Part shown: in pieces, positions 57,355 through 64,000 of the stretch | Layout of the letters: every line of letters starts with the position of its first letter | Numbering within the stretch: position 1 is the stretch's first letter | DNA from: Candidatus Peregrinibacteria bacterium | GTDB taxonomy: Bacteria; Patescibacteriota; Gracilibacteria; UBA1369 | Length of the DNA: 64,000 nucleotides | Assembly: GCA_963708185.1 (NCBI GenBank) | Contig: OY970195.1 | Coordinates: 576,001-640,000 of the forward strand | Reading direction: 5' to 3' | Notes under the pieces: generated by a model | The model's database searches: none | Seen by the model: only the letters and a program-made list of their open reading frames with translations | Told to the model about the DNA's origin: nothing | Position numbers and translations under genes: made by a program

Positions 57355-58107
57355 ATGAATATTATCCGCGTACAAAATCTGCATAAATCTTTCGGGGGGC
57401 TCCAAGCCATTGATCACTGCAGTTTCAGCGTCGAACGCAACAGCATCACCGGCCTCATCGGTCCGAACGGAGCCGGAAAAACGACAATGTTCGACCTGCT
57501 GAACGGGCTGATGTTTCCGGACGAGGGTCACGTTTTCATCAAGGACCGCAATGTGACCCGTTGGCCGACCCATAAGCGTGCGCGGCTGGGCCTGGCACGG
57601 ACTTTCCAGGCCATCCGGGTTTTTCCGGAACTGACGGCTTTGGAAAATATCATGGTGGCTTTCCGTGAACATCCCGAAAAACTTTACCAATCCTTTTTGC
57701 CGTTCAAAAAGAAACGCCAACAACTCGAGGAAAAGGCAATGGGGTTCCTTCATAAGGTGGGCATCTCCGAAAAAGCACATTTGCTGGCCAGAGATCTTTC
57801 CTACGGACAGCAGAAACTCCTAGAAATCGCCCGATGCATGGCGACCGACGCCGACATTTTTTTACTGGACGAACCGGCGGCGGGCGTCAACCCGACACTT
57901 TTGAATAAAATCAAAACGCTTGTTCTTGATCTTCACAAACAAGGCAAGACGTTATTGATCGTGGAACACAACATGCCCTTTTTGATGTCGATAGCCCATA
58001 CAGTGATCGTTCTGGATTTCGGGAAGGAACTGGCCGTCGGCAAACCTGAAGAAATTCAAAACAATCCGCGCGTCCTCGAGGCCTACCTCGGAAAAAAACA
58101 CGAATAA
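57355..58107 (+). CDS. livG: BCAA ABC ATPase LivG
   Basis: GPNGAGKTT, RTFQ, LSYGQQK, LLDEPAAG, EAYLG. Confidence 0.95.
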   Translation: MNIIRVQNLHKSFGGLQAIDHCSFSVERNSITGLIGPNGAGKTTMFDLLNGLMFPDEGHVFIKDRNVTRWPTHKRARLGLARTFQAIRVFPELTALENIMVAFREHPEKLYQSFLPFKKKRQQLEEKAMGFLHKVGISEKAHLLARDLSYGQQKLLEIARCMATDADIFLLDEPAAGVNPTLLNKIKTLVLDLHKQGKTLLIVEHNMPFLMSIAHTVIVLDFGKELAVGKPEEIQNNPRVLEAYLGKKHE

Positions 58108-58118
58108 TCATTTTGAAT

Positions 58119-58823
58119 ATGCTCACGATTCAACATCTTACCGCAGGATACGGAGGACCGAATATCCTCCATGACATCAATCTTAACGTTCAAGAAGGTG
58201 AGATCGTCACGATTATCGGCCCAAACGGAGCCGGAAAATCCACGATTCTCAAAAGTATTTTCGGCATGACGAAGATCGACAACGGGACCATGCATTATTT
58301 CGATGAAGACCTGAGCGATCTGCCGACGTCTGAAATCATCGAACGCGGGATCTGCTATGTCCCGCAAGGCCGCACCGTGTTCCCCTCTTTAACGGTTGAG
58401 GAAAACCTCGAAATGGGGGCTTTCATCCGTAAAGACAAGCAGGTTGTCAAAAAAGATCTGCATTCCGTCTATGAAAAATTTCCGCGACTTTATGAACGGA
58501 GACACCAGCATGCCAAGACGCTTTCCGGCGGAGAGCAACAAATGGTAGCAATCGGACGGGCTCTGATGCTCCAGCCGCGGTTGCTGCTCCTCGACGAACC
58601 GTCGATCGGTCTGGCGCCGAAGATCGTCCTCGAAGTTTTTGAAAAATGCCGGGAAATCAAAGCCACCGGGACAGCCATCCTCATGGTGGAACAAAATGCC
58701 ACGCTTGCCCTCGAATATTCCGACCGTGGATACGTTCTCGAACTTGGACGGAATCGTCTCGAAGGTTCTGGAAAAAAACTGCTGGCCGACAAACAGGTCG
58801 GGGAACTTTACCTCGGGAAATAG
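58119..58823 (+). CDS. livF: BCAA ABC ATPase LivF
   Basis: GPNGAGKST, LSGGEQQM, LLDEPS.GL.P, VEQNA. Confidence 0.95.
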   Translation: MLTIQHLTAGYGGPNILHDINLNVQEGEIVTIIGPNGAGKSTILKSIFGMTKIDNGTMHYFDEDLSDLPTSEIIERGICYVPQGRTVFPSLTVEENLEMGAFIRKDKQVVKKDLHSVYEKFPRLYERRHQHAKTLSGGEQQMVAIGRALMLQPRLLLLDEPSIGLAPKIVLEVFEKCREIKATGTAILMVEQNATLALEYSDRGYVLELGRNRLEGSGKKLLADKQVGELYLGK

Positions 58824-58932
58824 TCCTATATTTTTGTTGAGATATTCAACTTTTTTGCGTTTTTTTTGTTCGACGGCACCTGTTTACATATTTACCTTAA
58901 AATATTATAATAATCGACCATAAACAGCCACC

Positions 58933-59775
58933 ATGTCATCAAAAATGCCAAACAAAAACGGCAAGCCGGAAGATACGGTTGAAGACGAATTTGACCGACT
59001 GTTTGATGCAGCGATCGAGCCTTCCGACCGTCCAACGCCCCTTGTTCCCGAACCTCTCCCTCTGAAAGTTGTCAGCGAATCGAATAAACCGACCATTCCA
59101 GCGGACGGCATTGACGTAAAAAGACTTTTTGAATTAACCGATCCGGGCGAAGCCCTCTCTTCAGCACAGAAACAATTAGCTGATGAGGTTCATGGAGTTC
59201 TTTCCGGAACACTCCCGGGACTGAAACCTTCACCAATACCGAGATTTTATGGCCGTAAAGAAGCTAAAAACGGTTCTTCCGATGACACTCCAAGCATCGA
59301 GATCACAGGATCCGATGAAATACCGCTTGCCGATATCGAAGATTCTGATAAAAAGTCTCGAGAAGCTTTGAGCCTGGCGGTTGAGCAGTGCATATCCATC
59401 TATCACGAAATGGACATGAATTTTTCAGCGATCTATGGGCTTTTTCTGCAATTCCGGTGGAAGGACAGGGCCTTAACCGTTCTCGAAGAAAAGCGCGTCG
59501 CTTTCTACTTTTTGCAAGAGCTGACAAACTACCTTTGGGCGTACATTTCGGAGCATAAGACGAACGTGGTTCAGAGCAAACTGGGACTTTTCGCTGAACG
59601 GTGTCTTTATAAAGTGGCGACCGTCCGTAAAGAGAAAATTATCTGCGATGAAGCCGACATTGAACGGCTGACCCTGATCAAAATGATTCTTGATAGCGTC
59701 TCCCCCGACCCTGCTTATCTTCCTATAGCGGAAGCCTTTATTGAAAAAGTTCATATTCTCGGTATTCTCTCCTGA
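58933..59775 (+). CDS. Hypothetical protein, acidic disordered N-half
   Basis: 280-aa ORF with TATAAT upstream. Confidence 0.7.
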   Translation: MSSKMPNKNGKPEDTVEDEFDRLFDAAIEPSDRPTPLVPEPLPLKVVSESNKPTIPADGIDVKRLFELTDPGEALSSAQKQLADEVHGVLSGTLPGLKPSPIPRFYGRKEAKNGSSDDTPSIEITGSDEIPLADIEDSDKKSREALSLAVEQCISIYHEMDMNFSAIYGLFLQFRWKDRALTVLEEKRVAFYFLQELTNYLWAYISEHKTNVVQSKLGLFAERCLYKVATVRKEKIICDEADIERLTLIKMILDSVSPDPAYLPIAEAFIEKVHILGILS

Positions 59776-59842
59776 GTTTCGTCTTGTTTCAGGAGGTTTG
59801 TTTGCCTACACTGACGGTGTATTTTTTAACGAGGTTTTCTCT

Positions 59843-61156
59843 ATGAAAAAAGTTTTACTTGTCGGAAACGGAGCGAGAGAACATGTCGTCGGGGAGACAC
59901 TCAAAAAAAGCGGTGCTCAACTTTTTTGTTATGGGAAAGCCGTAAATCCTGGACTCCGTGAGCTCGCCGAAGACTACCAACAAGGTTCTTTGGACGATTT
60001 TGCGAACATCAGGGAACATGCTTTGAAGATCAAACCCGATTTCGTTTTCATCGGGCCGGACGATCCCATCGGCAACGGTCTTGCCGACGTACTGCTCGAA
60101 GTCGGCATTCATTCTGTCGCGCCGTTGAAAACCGTTGCACGTCTTGAATCTTCCAAGGGTTTCACGCGTGAACTCGTCGACAAATACGGAATTCAGGGCA
60201 ACCCGCGTTTTCAAGTTTTCTTGAACGAAAACGGCATGAAGGCATTTCTGGAGGAGCTTGGGGAACATTTCGTGGTGAAGGCCGACGGTCTCATGGGCGG
60301 GAAAGGAGTGAAAGTTTCCGGCGACCATCTGGCCAATCATGAAGAAGCTCTCGATTATGCCAAAGAATGTTTAGATGCAGCGGGAAGAGTGGTCATCGAG
60401 GAAAAACTCACGGGGCAGGAGTTCAGCCTGATGAGTTTTGTTGATGGGACTCATACGGTTGAAATGCCTGCCGTCCAGGATCACAAACGCGCGTACGAAG
60501 GAGACAAAGGTCCAAACACGGGAGGCATGGGATCGTATTCAGACGTAAACCACCTGCTTCCATTCCTCAAACCTTCAGATATCGATGAAGCGCGATCCAT
60601 CACCCACAAAGTTGCCTCCGCTCTGTTTGAAGAAACCGGCGCTCTGTTCAAAGGCATTATGTATGGAGGATTTATCGCCACGGCGAATGGCGTAAAGCTT
60701 ATCGAGTATAACGCCCGCTTCGGTGATCCGGAATCGATGAATGTTCTTCCTTTATTGAATACAAATTTTGTTCATGTTTGCGAGGCTATCCTTCAAGGAA
60801 ATTTGCATGAACTTACCGTCGATTTTGCGAAAAAAGCCACCGTCTGCAAATATATCGTTCCCGAGGGCTATCCCGACAAACCGGTGAAAGGACAAAAAAT
60901 CGAGGTCGGGACCATCCCTGAAGGTGTGAAAATGTACTATTCTTCCGTGGATCAGACCGCTGAAGGATTGATCCTCAGTTCCTCGAGAGCCGTGGCTTTC
61001 GTGGGCATCGCCGATTCGATCGTTGAAGCCGAGCAGCTTGCTGAAAAAGCCTGCGGAAGCATTCACGGGCCGGTTTTTCATCGCAAAGATATAGGGACTG
61101 CCGGGCTCATCGCCAAACGTGTGGCCATGATGGAAGCTCTCCGCCCAAGGACATAA
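59843..61156 (+). CDS. purD: Phosphoribosylamine--glycine ligase
   Basis: VGNGAREH, LESSK, KADGLMGGKGV, QDHKR, GPNTGGMG, EYNARFGDPE. Confidence 0.97.
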   Translation: MKKVLLVGNGAREHVVGETLKKSGAQLFCYGKAVNPGLRELAEDYQQGSLDDFANIREHALKIKPDFVFIGPDDPIGNGLADVLLEVGIHSVAPLKTVARLESSKGFTRELVDKYGIQGNPRFQVFLNENGMKAFLEELGEHFVVKADGLMGGKGVKVSGDHLANHEEALDYAKECLDAAGRVVIEEKLTGQEFSLMSFVDGTHTVEMPAVQDHKRAYEGDKGPNTGGMGSYSDVNHLLPFLKPSDIDEARSITHKVASALFEETGALFKGIMYGGFIATANGVKLIEYNARFGDPESMNVLPLLNTNFVHVCEAILQGNLHELTVDFAKKATVCKYIVPEGYPDKPVKGQKIEVGTIPEGVKMYYSSVDQTAEGLILSSSRAVAFVGIADSIVEAEQLAEKACGSIHGPVFHRKDIGTAGLIAKRVAMMEALRPRT

Positions 61157-61159
61157 CGG

Positions 61160-61711
61160 TTATCCCTTTCTTTTGATGTTCACTTTCCTGGTGCGTTTCT
61201 TGGATGATGTCCGTCCGCTTTTCTTTTTTGGTTGAGAAGTGCTTTTTGATTTTGAAATCGGTTTTTTGGTGAAACCGACGTCTCCCATGAATTTCTGTCT
61301 GAAGTTCTGAAGTTTCCCGTGGACCTTTTGCCCCGCCTTGTGGATTTTATGGGTGATTTCGTCAACTTTTTCTTCGTCGAGATCAAGATATTTCTCACTC
61401 AGGTCCCTGACCTTCTGTTCCGCTTTGCTGACGTGGCCTTCCGCTTTCAGCATCATTTTATCGACCTGTTTTTTCCCTTTGACGACCTGTTCCTGGACTT
61501 CGGGCATGTTATAAACCTCTTCCGCGGTGTCGGCGATGTCATGTCCCATTTCCGTAAAGTTCTTTTTCAACGTTTCCGTTCCCATGCCCCCTTTTGAAAC
61601 CTCGTCCTTGAGCTGTTTTCGCAGTTCTTTTCCTTTACGTGGCGCAAACAAAATACCCAACAGGGTCCCCACGATTACACCAAAGAAAAGTCCTCCGCGT
61701 TTATTGCCCAT
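61160..61711 (-). CDS. YtxH-domain protein
   Basis: GVIVGTLLGILFAPRKGKELRKQL. Confidence 0.88.
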   Translation of the reverse strand: MGNKRGGLFFGVIVGTLLGILFAPRKGKELRKQLKDEVSKGGMGTETLKKNFTEMGHDIADTAEEVYNMPEVQEQVVKGKKQVDKMMLKAEGHVSKAEQKVRDLSEKYLDLDEEKVDEITHKIHKAGQKVHGKLQNFRQKFMGDVGFTKKPISKSKSTSQPKKKSGRTSSKKRTRKVNIKRKG

Positions 61712-61792
61712 ATTGGTTTTTGTTAAATAATGTATAGGCATATTATCATATTTTGAAAATGTGAACAAATTTCTCATTGTGAAAAACATACA

Positions 61793-61819
61793 GAAAAACC
61801 CCGCAAAGCGGGGTTTTTC
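61793..61819 (-). terminator. Intrinsic terminator
   Basis: GAAAAACCCCGC-AAA-GCGGGGTTTTTC. Confidence 0.85.
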
Positions 61820-61852
61820 CATGATGAAGAAGAAATTCTGGAGTTGTATTTA

Positions 61853-64000
61853 TTAGTAGAGATTCACTCCGACGCTGTTGCTTCCCGTTCCATAGTAGTT
61901 CGTTGCGGAAACTTTGACGGTATATGAACCTGTCGGAAGAACGTTGTTGCTGTCGTCGCGGCCGTTCCAAGTGACCGAGTTCGATGTGTTGGTATAAGCG
62001 GTACCGTTGGAAATGGTGCGGCGGACATTGCCGTAGCTATCGAGGACCTGGACGACGATGCTTCCGGTGATGTTGAGAGAGTAAGTAACGGTCGTTGACT
62101 GACCGTTGCTTGCGCTGAAGCTTACCGGGTTAGCGGTGATGCTGCTGACAATCGGAGAGCCGTTGTTGCTGGTTCCGTTATTATTGTTGTTGACGTAGAC
62201 GGTTGTAGTAGCTGATCCGCTGCCGTAGTTGTTGGTTCCGGTCACTCTTACCGTGTAGGTGCCGGTCGGTACGACTGAGCCGTTGTTATCGCGGCCGTTC
62301 CAGGACGTGCTGTTGTTGTAACTGTTGGTTACTCCCAGGCCTGTGATGCTGCGGCGGATGGAACCGTTGCTGTCCGTAATCTGGACCTGGACCGAATTTG
62401 CCTGGTTCACGGTGTAGTAGATGGTCGTGAAATCACCGGCGTACGGGTTGAAGTTCGAAGGACTTGCGGAAACGGAAGTCACTACCGGGTAAGAGTTATA
62501 GTTCGTATTGTTATTATTGTTATAGTTGGTTGATCCGCAATTATAGTAACTGGAGTTGAGAACACAGTTCTGGTTGGTATTGTTGTAACCGTAGACGTTG
62601 TTGCCGTTGATGTACGGGTTATTAGTCTGGTTGTACAAACCCTTGGTTTCGAACTGGTAGAATAGATCCGCAACATCTCCACGAGTCATGGCTGCGGCAG
62701 GACTGAAGCGGCCTGAGCCGTCGTCATGCATGCGCCCGTTGCTCTTCGCATAGCAGGCGTAATCGATGTACCATCGTGTATCAGCGTTGACCGGAGTATC
62801 GTTGTACGGTGCGTAGTTGCAGTAAGGGATGTTTACTCCAGAAGATTCAAGGAACACCTTGAGCAATTCAACGCGGTTGATGGTCTGGTTCGGTCTGAAG
62901 GAACCATCCGGATAACCACGGATGATGCCGAGTCTCTTCGCCGTGCGGAGGTACGGAGCGTACCATGCATTGCCATCAGTATCGAAGAAGAGCGTGCTGC
63001 CGTCGTTGGTGACAGGAATGCCGAGTGCGAGAAGAATGACTTTCACGGTTTCTGCACGGTTGATCGGATCGTACGGGCGGAATGTTCCGTCACTGTACCC
63101 GGAGAAGACTCCGTTGTCCGTCATGAGCTGAATAGCTTTGCAGTACGGACTGTTCGACGTGACGTCGATGTAGTTTCCGCAGGTGCTGCCGTTCGGGAAT
63201 CCAATGATGTTGCCGTCAGTGTTGACTTCGACCCAGGCGGTTTTTGTATCGGTCTGGCCGTTGGCGTTGGCGGTCACACGGAACTGGTAGACGTTATCCG
63301 GGACAATGTTGCCGTACACATCGCGGCCGTTCCACTGATCTCCGTAGTTATAAGAACCGTACGAAGTGTTGTATGCGTAGTTGTTGGAGTAACGAGTGAT
63401 ATTGTCCACAAGCGTGCGGATGACAACGCCGTTGCGATCCAGAACCTGGGTCGTGACCGTAGCCGTCTGGTTCAGGTTATAGTAAACGGTTGAAGTCTGG
63501 CCGCTGCGTGGATTGAAGATTTCCGGCTGAACGTACATGTTCAGGATAAGATTGCCGTTGTTGTTACCTCCGTTGTTTCCGTTGTTATCAACAGTGACGT
63601 AGGTGTATTCGGTGTCGGTACCGGAACCGTTGTTTGCGGTTACACGTGCCGTGTAGGTTCCATTGCCGACGGTGTTTCCGTACATGTCGCGGCCGTCCCA
63701 GCTGTAGGAACCGCTTCCGCTGTTGCGGCAAACATTGTCGGAAAGCGTTCTCATCAAGGAGCTGTTTCCGTTGAGGATTTCAACCGTTACGTTGGCCGAG
63801 CGGTCGAGGTTGTAGTAAATCGTCGTCGACTGGTTGTATGGATTGAAGTTCGACGGTGAAGCGTTAACGTTGGTAAGGTTCGGCGTACCGTAGTTGCTGC
63901 TGCAGTTGCCGTTTCCGTTATTGCTGGAAATGTAAACCGAAGTGCTGTTGGTACCCGTTCCGTAAGCGTTCGATGCACTCACCTTCGCGGTGTATGTCCC
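61853..64000 (-). CDS. S-layer homology (SLH) protein with repeated FlgD-Ig-like domains (5' end outside window)
   Basis: GYSDGTFRP..PINRAE, GYPDGSFRPNQTINR, MTRGD SLH repeats; four W(D/N)GRD...G.Y Ig-like repeats; Asn-rich linkers. Confidence 0.88.
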   Translation of the reverse strand, partial: GTYTAKVSASNAYGTGTNSTSVYISSNNGNGNCSSNYGTPNLTNVNASPSNFNPYNQSTTIYYNLDRSANVTVEILNGNSSLMRTLSDNVCRNSGSGSYSWDGRDMYGNTVGNGTYTARVTANNGSGTDTEYTYVTVDNNGNNGGNNNGNLILNMYVQPEIFNPRSGQTSTVYYNLNQTATVTTQVLDRNGVVIRTLVDNITRYSNNYAYNTSYGSYNYGDQWNGRDVYGNIVPDNVYQFRVTANANGQTDTKTAWVEVNTDGNIIGFPNGSTCGNYIDVTSNSPYCKAIQLMTDNGVFSGYSDGTFRPYDPINRAETVKVILLALGIPVTNDGSTLFFDTDGNAWYAPYLRTAKRLGIIRGYPDGSFRPNQTINRVELLKVFLESSGVNIPYCNYAPYNDTPVNADTRWYIDYACYAKSNGRMHDDGSGRFSPAAAMTRGDVADLFYQFETKGLYNQTNNPYINGNNVYGYNNTNQNCVLNSSYYNCGSTNYNNNNNTNYNSYPVVTSVSASPSNFNPYAGDFTTIYYTVNQANSVQVQITDSNGSIRRSITGLGVTNSYNNSTSWNGRDNNGSVVPTGTYTVRVTGTNNYGSGSATTTVYVNNNNNGTSNNGSPIVSSITANPVSFSASNGQSTTVTYSLNITGSIVVQVLDSYGNVRRTISNGTAYTNTSNSVTWNGRDDSNNVLPTGSYTVKVSATNYYGTGSNSVGVNLY

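Noticed and set aside
1-64000. Alternative genetic code (TGA=Gly, code 25)
   Set aside because: Conserved genes are full length under code 11 and several end in TGA (e.g. csaB-like, rnhB, rplS).

Overview
Bacterial chromosomal segment. The gene set and style suggest a CPR/Patescibacteria genome, probably Peregrinibacteria-like (inference): VirB2-like pilin/PKD operon, many orphan acidic proteins, mostly SD-less or leaderless starts, and TGA used as stop. Housekeeping genes include csaB-like, rnhB, rplS, tig, tRNA-His, rpmA, nth, tRNA-Gln, secE-nusG-rplK-rplA, dut, tmk, folD, purF, livKHMGF and purD. The main observation is two unrelated GC-rich cassettes (310-5015 minus; 19162-20192 plus) with the same rRNA-operon-like layout. 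Each has a consensus sigma70 promoter, a boxA-like motif, a structured leader, SD-led foreign-looking envelope-protein gene(s) and an intrinsic terminator. In each, the coding region is enclosed by a 15-16 bp leader/trailer complementary stem (427-442 with 4787-4802; 19299-19313 with 20110-20124). One cargo looks like an outer-membrane beta-barrel protein and another like a myxobacterial Cys/Gly-rich lipoprotein. Speculatively, these are processed or stabilised RNAs meant for translation in a host cell. Also notable: a remodelled tRNA-Gln copy + GIY-YIG + intact tRNA-Gln, triple-pilin and pilin-PKD fusion genes, and a PP2C-like pseudo-enzyme. No CRISPR array, rRNA, integrase or transposase was recognised. 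All family calls come from motif reading, not database searches.
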